From Gonapodya sp. JEL0774 (lineage: Eukaryota), in assembly GCA_027604505.1 (NCBI GenBank), contig JADIIX010000111.1, forward strand, positions 1 to 64,000: 64,000 nt of DNA, read 5' to 3'. Below, one piece after another: positions 13,620-29,595 of the stretch (positions are counted from its first letter, which is position 1; each line of letters opens with the position of its first letter). The notes below the pieces were generated by a model that saw only the letters and a program-made list of their open reading frames with translations, was not told where the DNA came from and made no database searches. The translations under genes were made by a program, and so were the position numbers.

Positions 13620-16520
13620 ATGATCACTGCGCTTATTCTCCTGCTTTTTATCGCAGTCGCGGGTTATACATACCTTTCAATCAAGGTGAACGGGGGCTCT
13701 TGGAAGTTGATGAACTTTTCCACACTGACTCTTCAATGGTCTCATGCAAAGTACCGTGGAAGAGCTATTTTCACGAAACCATACATCGATGGAGTTCCTC
13801 TTGCTGCCACACGGGACGGCTTGCCTCCATCCTTTCCACTCGGTCATAGTGAGTCCCGTATTGTCATCAGGGACGCCGGTCCTCATGTTTTTCGTAGCAT
13901 GACGAGACTCTTCCGTTACAGTACGTAATAGTAGAAAGTGGCAGGCCACTAGGCTAGATGGTTTGAAGCAATGGCAACAAGATGGGAGTCTCCCAGAAGT
14001 TTGGCAGGTACACGCCCCTTGATAACGCTCGCAATACTGACTGTAATTGCTCAATCTTTTCTTTTCCCTCCTAGGCGACAATGCCAGGACTAAATATTAT
14101 AGGTACCCTTAACGTTGCTGACTTGGAACACATACTGAGGGGTAGGGCATCTGATCTTCATGTTTTCCGAACAATGGTCAATTTTTAACATCATGTCCAA
14201 ATGCCATTACGCAGACCCGTACACCTATGTTAAAGGCCCTAGCTTCCAGCGCATCTTTGGAGTTCTTCTTGGTGATGGCAGTGCGTGTTACTGGAGCTGC
14301 GTTCCTGCGTCTTCTCCTCCCGAGCTCACATATTCAATGTTCTCCCAATATATTTACCAAGTATTTAACTCTGATGGAGATCATTGGAAAGTACAGAGAA
14401 AGACTGCGAGCAACATCTTTAAGTGAGTGGTGCCCTTTGTAAGCCTATCAGTTATCTCCCAATGTAGCTAAAGGATTCTTCTCTTCTTCCCAAAACTTCT
14501 CATTCAGCGTCAAGAACTTCCGTGATGTCTACGCTGAGTGGGTGACTCTCTCTGTATGGTGTGAACTTGATCGATTTGTGCCTAACGAACGCTGGGCGCA
14601 TCATGTCCCCGAAACTAGTGTTTTCATTGAGGAATCGCATCTTTTGGCATCCCACCTCCGCGCTGCCGCGAAAGGCAATGCAGTTATTGATTTGCAGGTA
14701 GTTTGCGGATTTGTGTTCTTTTCGTTGCACTCTCATGTCATGACCTCGGAACCTTTGCCCAGGACTTGTTCCTCCGGTCTACTCTGGATTCCTTCGGGCG
14801 CATCGCGCTTTCTACATCGTTTGGATGCATGAAAATGGAAAACGCGAGGTACACTATTTGAGTGAATTGTGTTGTGAATGGTGGTTGAATGGCACCGCCC
14901 CCGCTCCGGGCACCTCTCACAAGAATCGAGAAGGGCCGTTATATGCTCAAGGATATGCCTTTTATGGAGGCCTTTGACAGTATGAACAATCTCATTACGA
15001 GACGGGGGTGAGTTTTTTTCTCGCGGTCCTCTAGAATGTTACGACATGCGTTTACATATCTTCTACCCGCACGAACCTGGCCAGTCCCAACCCCTTTTGG
15101 AGGATCACGGAACTTCTTGATGGGACCACGAGCCGTATGAAGCGATATATGGAAATACTGGAAGGCACAGCTCACAAGGTGATCAAGGAGAAGCAAGATA
15201 AGGTCGCACAGGGCAAGGCCCCAACCGGTCTCAAATGTGATGTGAGTCTGGACTACCAAGATTGCATTGGTAGTTGCACTCTCTTTCTGAAGTGTATTTT
15301 TTTTTGGTTTCATATTTTGTGTACTGCCAGCTTCTCGATCTGTTTATGCAGACGACAAACGACGATGGGAGCGAACTTACGCTGAAGCAACTTCGAGATG
15401 TTCTATTGAATTTCATGATCGGTGGGATTGCTGGAGCGCTTAGTTTTGCGATGTGTCGACCTCACGTGGTCAATCTCTTGCAGCCGGAAGAGACACAACA
15501 GCACAGGTAATCGCGCGATCTTCATTTGCACGCGAGACGCTTAACATCGTCTTGTTTGTCGCCAACAGACATTGTCTTGGGTGTTTTGGCGACTATCTCA
15601 GAACCCGTCTGTCGAGAAGAAGACTCGCGAAGAAATACTCCGAGTGGTGGGCAAAGGGGAGCCGTCTTATGACGCCATGAAGTCCCTCGTCTACACACAC
15701 GCTGTATTCAACGAGACTCTGAGGTGAGTTTACGCTGTTCTGTTGTTGACGTGTGTACAACTGTCACCGAGAGCACGAACAATCACAGACTCCATGCAAA
15801 CGTGCCCTCAAATCGCAAGGAAGTTACAAGGGACGATATCTTACCCGGCACCAAGACGCCTGTCAGGAAAGGTGACATTATGACATTCCATGTAAGTGTT
15901 TGATTCATTGGGGGTGATGTTCCGAAACTGACGTAAGTTCCATTTTTCATAGCCTTTCGTGATGGGATACTCCACTAAGATTTGGGGCGAGGACGCAAAC
16001 GAGTTCAAACCTGAGCGGTGGATTAATGAAGACGGCTCCCTCCGCAAGGAAAATCAGTTCAAGTGGCCTGTGTGTGAGTTGAGTTGGGAGGGCGCTCATG
16101 GTACATCCTTTAGTGAATATTCTTCGACTAATTCGTCACGTTAAAACGCGTCGCAACAGTCAATGCGGGCCCCAGGGTGTGCCTCGGGATGAATATGGCA
16201 ACCCAAGAAGCGGTGGTGTTCATGGTGGCGCTGCTACGTGAGGTGGGAACTGGTTCGAAGGTTGTTGCTATCTTCACTTCGGGACACATACATTTCTTTT
16301 CAACGTCCCAGTTCCACCTCGAATTAGTCAATGAGGACGATCCCAAGCACTGGGCAGATTACGAACAAAAGCAAGGCAGACGTGAGTCTTGTTTTTGTTA
16401 CGTTACATGTTTGGTATATTTGCAAATGTTAAAATTTCATCAACACATTTCCTAGACGGCCTTGCTCTCACGCTCGTGATGCGAGAAGGCGTGGAGTTTA
16501 GAGTACATCCGCCGGAATAA
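13620..16520 (+). CDS. Cytochrome P450 (resembles the CYP52/CYP86/CYP704 fatty-acid hydroxylase type), many exons
   Basis: N-terminal TM anchor; GDGIFNSDGDHWKVQRKTASNIF; I-helix LNFMI-AGRDTTAQ; ETLR (ExxR); FKPERW (PERF); heme motif FNAGPRVCLG. Confidence 0.93.
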
Positions 16521-16580
16521 AATTGTACCGTAATGCATGATGGCTTTCGATTGCCGAATTCAGTTTTAATCGTCGTTGCT

Positions 16581-17830
16581 TTACACCTCGGCGGCGTGTC
16601 CCAGTTGGTCCATGACACGGGCGATGGACGGGACAGGATTTTTGTGTTGATAATGTCCCCTGATGTGGACTTTGGCGTTATCTTTCCGTGAAAACCAGAT
16701 CCCTGTGATAAAATGTGCGAGAGCGCGCCGGTGTGAATGCCATGAGTCTCACGTTACGACGGTGCAGTACACGAACCACACAGTGGACATCCGTACGGTT
16801 TCGCTCCCGTGTGCATCCGCAAGTGTCGCTCCAAATGCGCTATGTGGGAATGATGTAAGGAAGGGCCATAAGAACTTGATGAAGCCATATGATCTGCATA
16901 GCATAGATCTTTGGATCACACACCTGGTGTTGGGAATCGTTGTGCGCAGCTCTCCCATGTGCATTCGTAGTTCCACTCTGAACGCTTACGGCTACGTCTG
17001 CCAGTACGTGTTTGGGAATCAGATTGGTCGTGGGAAGTGTGGCTGTGCCCAGAAATTCAGTACGCAAAACAAGACGCAAGGAGAAATTCAGGTGGTTGTT
17101 TTCTCATCAGGGCAAAAAGTAAAAGTGCTTACGCTGAATCTGTGCGAGCCCGCTTCTCGGCGATTTTCCGAACACGGTGACCAGAATGTCGGGAGAACCT
17201 TGGGGTCATCGTCACAGGGTCCATATCAACTTTGCTCCACGCTGCCGTGGTCACCTGCCCTGAGAGTGTTCCCGAACTCCCTTCAGAAGATTCGCTCGCC
17301 GCATATGACGCCACTGGACTGCACTGCCGTTCCGTCCCATCCGCCACCAGGTAGGCGGTATCAGGAGAGCCCAGTGAAGGTGGCCTCGATATCGACTGTC
17401 GATCAGAGTATCGTGGAGAGGGAGGGCTTGACGATTTTCTTGGAAGAGAATATGACCGTTCCTGTGGATGGGGTGCTGAGGCAAGGGTCTCCGGCACACC
17501 GGTCCCGCCGATGTGCGAATGCGCTGGCATAGAATTCCTGTCATCAACAGCGATCCGCCCTTCTGATTGCCATTCGGATGCCTGGTAATAATCTCCATGC
17601 TGGTATGGGCTTGACGCGCGACTAGTACTGAACTCGTTTCCGAGACAAGGCAGACCCTGAGAATTGTGGGGTCGGTGCAGGTTCTGGGAGAGAGCGGGCG
17701 CGCTCCCAAAGGAAAGAAGGCCCAGCGAGTGGAGCGACGGCAGAACTTGCATTTGCTTCAAAGTCTCTTTGGCTCCGGCAGTTTTTAGTGTTGTCAGGGG
17801 TATCTGAAAGGCAAACCCTCACCCCCGCAT
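16581..17830 (-). CDS. C2H2 zinc-finger transcription factor with two C-terminal fingers
   Basis: Spliced exons read YECTWESCAQRFPTP/AHLERHLRMHTGAKPYGCPLC/GIWFSRKDNAKVHIRGH...AEV* (stop 16581-16583), with a TGxKPY linker. The 5' end is uncertain. Confidence 0.8.
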
Positions 17831-19066
17831 ATCCCTCAGGGCTGCCAGTGGCTCTCCTAAACTACAATCCCCCGCTCAGGTTGACTGTTAAAACCTACTG
17901 ACACAAGCGAACTACTTATCGGATTGTGCGAATAATCGATACATTCATTTACTGGGCCTTGCCAAAGCTCTGTTGGTGCTGCAAGCTCCGGGCCGCCCGT
18001 TTTATTGACTGAGATCATTCGAAGTGTACCATCAGATTTGACTTCTTGTTGGTGTCCAATTGTCTGACTCTTTTGTGTACTCGTGTATACCTTGTAATAA
18101 AATCGAAGAAATGATCTCCGACCCCGCAGTCAGTGGGCCCGAGGATAAAAAGCCCGAACTTTGAGCGGTTGAAAGGCACAAATTGCACATACGTAAAGTA
18201 TAAAATCTCCCGGGACTCCTTCACTCATTAGACTGTCTGCATGTTGGATCAGTGTTGAATCTCTAGGACTGTTTGGGGACCCACTCCCTCGGCAACATGA
18301 ACTGCCGGTCCCAGATTATTTTGAGACCACCCGCGTGGAAAAGAGCCAAGGCACATACAAGCATGCAGAGGTAAATGTTCTTTGTTCGTGCGAGTCTGTA
18401 AGATGAAATCATTGAATCCAGGCCCAAGGTCAGTTCTTCGTGTTCTGTGTGAATATTATCAAATTTTCTCAATCAGGGGATCAGGGGAAGAGAAGACATA
18501 GAGACCCGTGGCAGCTCATGCGAAGACAGCATAAAAGCAAGGCGAAATGTTTTGGGGAACTCTCACTCTGCCGGTACGTCGTGATGCCTTTTGCGGGCAT
18601 TTGGTGCTGTACTTGGGATCAGTTTCGTGCGCTTGTTATCATTTGGACAAAGATCATTATAAAGCATTGAAGTCGTTCATGGCAGATATCTGTCCAAATG
18701 TCACAATCTTTTGCTGGCGGGGAAAGGGCCGCCCAGTCACCATGCAGAGTGGATGTTTCGCCCACTCCCCGATCACTATGTATAAATTAATTCCTGCTGC
18801 ACACATTAAACGGCCAGCGACATGTGTCCCGATTGAAGAGCTGGTGTTCCGATTGACTGACAATCGAGAAGAGCCAAAACAATAGGCGGCCAATAATTTC
18901 ATCAATAAGTGTACTTAAGAAACGGCTTACGGATTATCCCCAAGTCTCAACGAAATGAAATGTAATCGTGACGTGGACAATTCGTTGATCAGACTCGGCG
19001 GGGCGGCAAAACGGGCTGGACCGCGTCGACGTCAGAAGTATCGCTACCACATCACAACCGTCAGAA

Positions 19067-22000
19067 ATGGAACTTCAGCCTTCTTCAAAACAAGGCTCGA
19101 GCGACTCCGTAGATCAAGTCCCGTCTGCTCCAGCTGTGGCGCCTGCAGCTCCAAAACCTGGCTGGCTGGCTTCGTTCTGGGCATCGTCTTCCCCACAAGC
19201 AGCACCTGCCCCACCGGCTCGTTCTAAGACCCCGACCGAAACTCCGCCGGCACTACCCTCCCGACGCTCAAAATCTATGCCAGGGTCGGGAGCTGACGTG
19301 AAACCCTTTCTCGGTTTTGCGGCTGCGAACACGGTGCCAGCTGAAGGGGAGCCTGCGGACACCGTATCGCGGAGTCGCTCGACAAATAAGGAGGGACATT
19401 CATCTTCGTATGATTACGCACAGAGCTTTGCTGGAGATGGGGTGAGAGCAGATCCACCAGAGTTGACTATCCGCGTAAGTATGTTTCAGGGAACACACCA
19501 ACTACCACCGACGGAGAGTGAATGAATTTCCTTGCCACATCGATGCCGATCGCGCTTGATGCTTAATGGTCAGCGCCATTGCGTGTGTAAGGATGGTCAC
19601 TGTGCCGTGTCACGCTGACTATGCAAATCCCATGGTCAATGAATGCACTTCCCTCACTTCCCTGCACGATCCATCACATAGTGGTTCCACGCAACGGATG
19701 TTCCTCTCCGTGACGATTCACCTTTCAAACTCCTCTCTGCGAACCCGCCCGCAGCCCGTGTCGAACCCCAACAGTGGCTTTCCTTCTCTGCTCGAGACAA
19801 CCGAGAAATAGAAGCCCGTTACCAGGAATGGCTGGCTCATGGTGGACGCGAGGCTGAGGAACGTCGCGGAAGGAAGCGCGAGCGCGAAAGGGAACAGGAG
19901 AGCGCAAGAGAAAAAGCCAAAGAAGAGGCGAGCCTGTCCCAGCAGAGCAGTGAAGTCGAGCTTCAAGGGCTGGAGGCTCTTTCTCAAGGAGCGGGTGTGG
20001 ATTCACTCGAAACTGAGAAAATTGAGAGCTCCGGAAGGTTTAAAGTGTCTGTGGGCGAGGATTTGCTTTTTGAGGTTGACTTGGAGCTCCGAGAAATGAC
20101 ACCAGTATACGTGAGTGGTCCCGACTACCTTCGTACGTCAATATGATAGCGCTAAACAATTCATGTCTGCAATCTTTTGTGTACAATGATCCTCGGGGTG
20201 GCATATTGATGGCGGCGGACTTGTGCGTGCCCGTGCTTGCACAATATTCCGAGACACCATAGTGGTGAGCTTCAGCATCTCGATGTCTTTCTCGCAGCAT
20301 GAAATCCAATTGACCCTCCTGTTTTCGGCAAAACGTCAGGCCAGGTCCCGTCTACGAGATCCGCCGTGGCTCTTGGTTTTACCAGAGCTCGAACAAGTTA
20401 TTGCCTTGTGACGACAATATGGCGAAGCAACTGGAAGATGGATGTGAGTCAAGGGACCAAGTTCGGGTGGTGATTGAGTTTTGGGTCAGGGGACACTCGA
20501 CCTATCTTGCCTCACTGGATTCTGCCTTTAAGTCTGGAAATTGAAACCCTGGCTTGATTTCCCTACTGTTGGCAACATCAAACCTACTTCACCGAATCCC
20601 ACACCCACTCCTTCACCTTCGCCCTCACCTAAACCTCCAAACGATCCTCTCCCGAACCCCGTGCGGTCCTATTCACAGTCTCCTGCAAGACCTTCCGCGC
20701 CACCACTCACCGCACCGGCGCGAGCACACATTGCGAGTCAGCATGGAGCGCAGAGTCAGACTTCGCTCACGTCTACGGTGGCCCACGCATCTGTGAGGAC
20801 CTTACAGGAGGGTGAAGATCCTCTGGCGACACCCGAGGTCGCCTACACTCACGCCACGTCTCATTTGGCTGTGTCAGCATCTATTTTGGCTCGGAGGGGC
20901 TCCATTCCTCGAAGGTCGTCTCTCTCGAGTGCTACATTAGAGCGGGTGTCAACATCCCCGGGTACTTCCTCGTCTCCACTTTCGTCGATGCCTGGTGAGG
21001 CAGCCTCAAACCCTCCTTCGTCTCCACCCCCCGTCGCGATGCAGCCTTCTAAGCCTATTGATTGGAACAAGAAATGGCGATTGTTTCCTCCACATCAGGG
21101 CAATTACGCCGTGTTTGTCGGCCAAACTCGGGCACTTGTCATGGCCGATTCCGCTGTGGTATCAGCTCTTGTATCGGCTCTCGTCGCAGTGGCCCGAGAT
21201 CCCTCATCGGTTTCTGTCGCGGGTGTGCAGCCGGTCGTGCGCGGGTACGACGAGGCTGCGAGGCAAATCAAAGGGTTTAAGGAGAAGGAGGTAGCACCAA
21301 AGCCTGTTCCGGACGGTGCAGGGGCATCCGCCCCAGTGTCGGGAGATGCGAAAGAGGATGCCGCCAACATGGAGGAGAAGGACTATACTGACGATGAATT
21401 ACAGGAGCGCAAGGTGGATCACTTAATATTTGTCCTCCATGGAATTGGGCAAAAGATGGGCGAGGCTTCGAGCGCGGTGAATTTTGTTCACGGTGAGGTT
21501 TTGATAGTCCGTGTGGGTCTTGATTAATATCCTGACAGCCCCCTCGGTCCCTAGATTGTAATCAAATGCGTCGAGCTATCAAGAACGCGTCGAAGATTGT
21601 AAATATCGCTGCCGCAGAGCGCGATCGCGTTGCACCGAAGAAGAACGACACAACAGGATTGAACAACCGAGTTGCTGGGGACTCCTCCACCCCACAACCC
21701 ACAGACCAGAGCGCACTTGCTACATTACCTCCAGGATCCGGAGTTCAAGTTCTTCCGGTCCTTTGGCGCCCACTCGTGGATTTCGGCATCCGACGAACTG
21801 CGGGAAGCGCCAGCCTGGATGACGTATCGCTCGACTCGGTGCCCATACTTCGCTTGTTGACCAAGAACTTTGTCACGGATTTGATGCTTTATACGGAACC
21901 TCACCATCGTCGCCAGCTTATAGGTGCGGTGGTTCGGGAGCTTAAGCGAATCTATACCCTCTACCTAGCGCGCCACCCAGATCAACCGCCTCCACGAGTA

Positions 22001-23136
22001 TCCTTGGTGGGTCACTCACTGGGTAGTCAACTAGCCATGGATATTCTTGCGGGACAGCCCGAGGAAGGGGATGAACGTGCTTCTCCCCCATCATTGGAGG
22101 GGACGGACTTGAGCTCTTTGACCAAAAGTGTTCCCGCGTGGAGTGACCTGACGACGCCACCTCCGGGAGCCTTGATTGGGAGTGATGGGAAAATTGAAGT
22201 TGAGAAACTACCATTCGAAGTTGAGAACTTTTTCGGTACGTGTTGCCTTGAGAGCCTGAATCCAAAGATCATAAAGGATGAACAAATCTTTGCTCAAATG
22301 AATCATCTGTCTTTTTTTGATACACATAGCGATTGGGTCTCCTATTGGATTTTTCCTTGTTCTTAAGAACCAGAAGCTCTTCCCGAGAGTGCCCCCTAGC
22401 CAGTCCCGTCCTGATGATCCAGCTCCCGACGATTTTCGATACGTTAGGCCGAGGTGCAAGGTGATGTATAACTTATATACGCCAGCGGGTGGGTGCAGCG
22501 AAAGATATCGCGATGGCGGGTTACACTCACTCAGAAATGACATTCTCTCGCACTTGACATGATTGTCTCCGGGTCATTCTCTGTCCTCAACATTCTCGAC
22601 CCCGTTGCTTCCAACTTCACTTCTGCTCTTCGTGCGGTCGTCTCATTGGCTTGAGGACAGACATGGTTGCACACAAAGTGGAACCAACAGTGGACGAATC
22701 TCTAACAGCGAATAAACCTTTGTCCATCCCATACACCAAAGGAGGAATTCAGGGCTCTATCAATGCAGTCGCTCAGTCTTGGTCTCAGGTTCGCCAATGG
22801 AGTGCCATGATCCCAGTTCAACTCGCCTCTCTTGCAGTGAGTAGAGTGGCTGGACTGAAGACCAGTACGACTGGGGATGCCATTGGAAAGATGGAAGCTT
22901 CAACTGCCGGAAAAGGCACAGAAGGTGCTAAATTGCGGTCCGCATCAGTAGTGCCTCCCAGGACACCCAAGGACATTCTCTATCTACTGAATCCCCGGTA
23001 TGGTCGGTTGGATTTCGCACAGCAAGAAGACATGTTGCAGCCAGAGATGCTGGCGGCGCTGCAGGCACACTTCCTTTATTTCTCAGATCCAGACATTGCG
23101 AGCTTCATTTTGGGTGAACTTTACAAACCATTGTGA
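19067..23136 (+). CDS. DDHD-domain intracellular phospholipase A1 (Ddl1/PA-PLA1-like)
   Basis: PVYEIRRGSWF, VVRGY, VDHLIFVLHGIGQ, VQVLPVLWR, lipase GHSLG, FEVENFF/IGSPIGFFL, MYNLY, DMVAHKVEP, GRLDF, and AHFLYF near the end. Confidence 0.9.
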
Positions 23137-23482
23137 TTTCGGTTTAGTGAGAGGGCCTATCCCAGCGCGAGTCTAATAAAAGCGAATTCAGAATCTTGTA
23201 TGTATTCATGTACCAGCCAAGCAAATGTATAAAATTTGTCCATGTCTGTTTCCTCTACTTATCTGGCATGTTTGAACACGTCCTGCAGGCACAGAAAGAC
23301 CCCACCACAATATTGACCACCCACACAAAGCTACGCAGTCTTTTGGCCCGTGCTCAAGCATAAAGGACACCCTTCAATTCTCTTTCGATATCGAATTCAA
23401 ACTGAACGAGCTCGCTCAGGAAGGGAAGCAGTCGGGAGGAACTGTTGGAGCTGTGGATAGCTTGACAGGAGAAAGACGTGAG

Positions 23483-26400
23483 ATGGAAGAAGGCGAGGAC
23501 ATGGAGGGAGGTGAACTTGATGCAGACTCTATGTACTCTGAGGATGCTGAAAGTGAGAGTGGCTCAGAGTTGGACTCGGACGCGGAAGGGGATGAGGATC
23601 GCGGTGAGAGTGGATCCGAATCCGAGTGGTCGGCGCGAGGAGAGCGCGAGGACGAAGAGCAGCGGGAAGCAGTTGAAGATGACGATGAGCATGACGTTGA
23701 CGATGAGCACGAGCCTGACCCTGGAAAAGGTGGGAAAGCACAAGACGGAGAGCTCGGCCTTGGCGAGTACCGGAACGTGAATAAGCATCCAAGATGGAGC
23801 AATGGCCGACGAGACGGGCAGACTGAAGCACAGGTGAGCTGCCGTGCAACTATTTTAAAGTCCTTGCCGAGAAGCGACCATCAAATGGTGTCTCATATTA
23901 TTTTATGTTCGTTCAACTGTTTTGTACTATGAAGGAGCTTCGCCAGCGGCATCGCCCACACAGGCCTTCAAACCCATCGCGATCTACTACTTCCTCGACT
24001 TTGGGCTCCCTGGAAGAAGCGAACGAGTATGGAACAGCTCAGAAAGCCGCCAAAAAGAGGGGAAATGGAGGTAAGTAATCTCGGGGGCTACGGCCTAATA
24101 TCAGTGTGGTGCAACAGGATCCAGGGTCTAGCAACTCGGAACGCTGATATTTGGACCTGCGCGTGTATTTTCTGGGTGGGCTGCCACGTGTGGAAGATCT
24201 GTTGGGTTCCCCATACACTCCGTGATTGAGAGGAGATATCTGAGAACCCTTGGAGGTATCGAGAGCGATTCATATATAAGTGTTGTCGCAGAATGAGATA
24301 ATGCAAATGGGGTACGGCAGGAACACTTCGTTGGACGACGGACTGCGTTTTCTGCGCCTTCGGTTGGGGTATTGCTGTGCAGTCTTTCCCACACATTCCC
24401 TGTGGTACGATTATGAAGTTGCATGCTTTTCTGACGTCTGCCCATTACAAAATCGTCTCGACAGTGCTTCCACCTTCTTCTCCAAAACCTACCGGTTCTG
24501 CAGCGTTCACTCTCTTGTCGCTGCTTCCAACTCTTTCAATCTTCTCCATGTTTCCGGCGACACCTCCTCCACTTCCGACTCTCTCGTCCGCCCTTCGTCT
24601 TCTCTCTTCATTGCCATCACGGATCGACCCCATGTTGGCGACCCTCTCTCCGGTGGACCTCATTCTTCTCTACCTTCTCAGCCTCCCACTCTCATTACTG
24701 AATCCTCCAGCTCGTCCAGAGCATCTTGCCTTTGCTCTCCTTTCGGTTCCTTCACTTGCCCGCGCTGCGCGTGCCTCGCTTCTTTTGTGTCTTCTCACTC
24801 TCTTGCTGATCGCGGCCCTCTCCACTGCAGCACGTGCTGCGGCGGGACCGCGTGTTGCGCCAGCTCTTGCCGACGCCGTCGTCTACGGTCACCTCCTCGC
24901 CCGTGCTGGGGGGGGAAGCGGGTCTCGAGTATGGGATCGCGCCAAGCTCGCTGCAACGGGGCACGAACCTCCACCAGGACCACCACCTGGTCGTCCTGGT
25001 CCGGCGTCATGGGCATTGTGGATTGCCTTTCTGGTGATTGACGCTGTGGTCAAGCCCGCACCAAAAACCTCCTTTCAGGAGTTGGCAGGAGCACATTGCC
25101 TGGGATATGGTGCTTACGGAGCCATGAGGGATGTTTGCGCGGCAGTACTAGAGATGAGGGGGGAGAGATTTGGCGGAACCGGTGGTGCTGGCCTCCAGGA
25201 GGAGGACCAGGTAACCAAAGAGCGGGAGCGTGAGGAGATCAAGCGAGACCGGGAGAGGACTAGGGACCGAGAGCGCCAGAGTGGCAAGCCTGGCAAACGG
25301 GAATCAGCCAACGCAAAGAGACGAAGAGCGGCGGCGGCAACCACGACAGGAAACAATGTAGAGGACCCAGATGATTGGGAGGAGGACAGCCAAGGAGGAT
25401 CGGGAGGCCTACCCACTGGTGATGATCAACACCAACAACATCACCTTCGCCAGCAACATCTCCATCCGTCATCTCCTTCTCAACCCGGTTTTGGATCTAC
25501 CGTGTCTCCACCACCCGTTCCCTTGAACTTCTACGATCCCCTTGATCGCTTCGACCTTGTGGTCCGTCGTATCGAATCGGACCGTGTAGAGCTTGCCTTT
25601 TTTTGCCCAGAGAGCTTGCAAGAGAGTCTTCGGGCTGGCTTGCGAGCGCGGGCGCGGAAAACTGCTGTCAATAGCGCCTCAAGCTCTGGTACTTCCACCC
25701 CGGGGGCTGGGGACGACAACAACCACAGTCCCTCTCACCAACTCCTACGCCTCGGTCCTGGTATCGAAATATCCACAGCAGATGTCACTGTACGAATTGA
25801 TGGATTATCTTGGGACAGGTCCCGATGGTTCGCTGTCTCTCACAGCTATCCTCGGCGCCGTGCCCGGAGAGCTGCAGAGGAGGACGACGAATGGGTCGAT
25901 GTCTTAGTGTGGGGTCTGGATAGTAAGAGGGAGGTTGAGATTGCTGTAGGGTTGAGGGGTTTCTGGAGCTCAGGGATGAGGGCTGTCACCACAAAAAGAG
26001 GAGGTATGTCGCTCACATTCTCTCTAATACCATTAACCATTCTTGATATATCACGTTACCATGGGGTGCATCCATTCCAAAGACTTTTTCGGTAGCTCTT
26101 CGATCACAGCGCTTCCACCTTTCATCGCTGTGGAGGAAGACGGCACCCTGCGGTACATCTTACCCAAACCCAAACCTCAACTGTCTGGTGATTTGCCGTC
26201 AGCAATGGAGGAGCGCCCGTCTTCATCTCCAGTTGTTGGTCCGACAGTGACACCATCCCGCACTGCCACTCCACCGGTCTCATCTTCTGTTCCCAGCCCC
26301 AGTCAATCCGCAGCCGTGGACGATTTAGTGCTCGCTGCTCGACTTCGGTACTTAACAGATGCATTGACTGCAGAGAGAGATTTGAAGGCCAAGTTGCAAG

Positions 26401-27680
26401 CGCAGCTGAAGCGAGCCAGGAGGGATGGATTGAGGATTCTGAATCAACTTCGCGCCGATATCGAAGGACTAACCAAAAGTAACGCCCGTGATGAGCAGGC
26501 GGATCAACGAAACCGTAAGCGTGTACAAGTGCTGATTGAACAGGCCGATGTTTTCAAAAGCACGGTGGAAGACCTAGAAGTGGAGCTGAGGAGAGCGAGG
26601 GAGGAGAGGAAGGCCGCGGAAACGGAATCGGAGTCCGCGGCGAGGGAGGTAACCAGCGTGAAGGAGGCGATCAAGAAAGCCGAGAAAGGTGCCAGACAAG
26701 CAGGCGCCGGAAAGCAACGATTGGTGCACGACGCGGAGGAAAAGCTTCGACAGGCCAGGAAGGAGAGGGAGGCAGTGGAAGCTCAAGTTGAACGAGCGGC
26801 CAAGAAAGAGGCGGGACTTGGTGCGGAGGAGGTGCTTCTCGAGAGGCGAATCGAGGAAGAAAAACGGAAAGTGGATGATCTGAGAATACAAAGGATGGTG
26901 GAAGCGGCCGTAGGGGTGGTCATAGGCGACGAAACCGTTGGTGCTAAGATCGTTGCCGCCAGAATGACATCGGCTACTCCCCCATCAGTCCCCGCTGGAG
27001 GTCGCCGAGGTAGTGTCGGAAACCACGGGTCGGACGCTGGCTCCTCAACACTCTCTGTGGATTTTGATCACGACGAGCGGCTCTCAATCGCCACTCCAAG
27101 CACGCGCTATAGTCCAGCTCAAAGGGTCTCACCACCGATCACTAACCCATTCACTAGTCCCTCCGCTGACATGTCAGTGGGTGTGCCACCGCTGCCTCCC
27201 CATAAACCGAATCCTCTCGCTAGCGAATTTGCGGCATTTCGCGCGTCGCGGCGCCCATCCCTCGGAAATCTGGGCGTAACGGTTTCACCAGGAATCCCTG
27301 CTAACACTCCTCGGATCCTGCCCCCACGGCCTGCAAGCGTGTCACCAGAGCACGCTCAAGGATACCGTCAATTCTTTGGAAACATGGGGTCGAATCAGTC
27401 TCGAGCAGTCTTGCGACCTGCGCCTCCTGCTGGTGTCACTGGGTATGGCGACCTTCTCGGCTACGGTGGTAACGTTCCCGAACCGGCTTTGGCAACGTCA
27501 AATTCCCACGGAGCATTGGAGGATATCAGTACTACCCAGTATTCGTCACGAGAGCTACCTCCACTTGCCCAGCATTTGCCGTCCTATGCCGCTGCCTCAA
27601 TGTTCACCGACGTTGCGGGTGATCTTGATGATGCAGCAATTGTCGGAACAGAAGGATGGTGGAAGGCGTTCGGGCAGTAG
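23483..27680 (+). CDS. Large membrane + coiled-coil protein, possibly of the fungal AcrB (ubiquitination-network) type
   Basis: Acidic N-terminal exon, hydrophobic segments (24450-25050), long coiled coil AQLKRARRDGLRILNQLRADIEGLTKS...DQRNRKRVQVL (26380-26900) and a Ser/Pro-rich tail. The family call rests on architecture and recalled similarity only. Confidence 0.5.
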
Positions 27681-27886
27681 GCTATTTAATCACCGATTTC
27701 ACATTCTCAGAGCAATAAAGAGAACGGTTTTCGGTAAACGAAAGGCGTGCCGGCGACCAATCACGAGACAAACCACTCCATCACCGCGCAAGCAACAATC
27801 ATCTCTGGTATTCAGATATTATAATGCGTGCGCAGCTCTTACAGAAATTTTGGCGCGAACTAAAATCCCTCTCCAGCTTTGGCAAT

Positions 27887-29595
<1,709 letters not shown>

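Noticed and set aside
16663..17532. 289-aa plus-strand ORF
   Set aside because: It lies antisense to the C2H2 TF exons and introns and has no recognisable protein features, so it is a shadow ORF.
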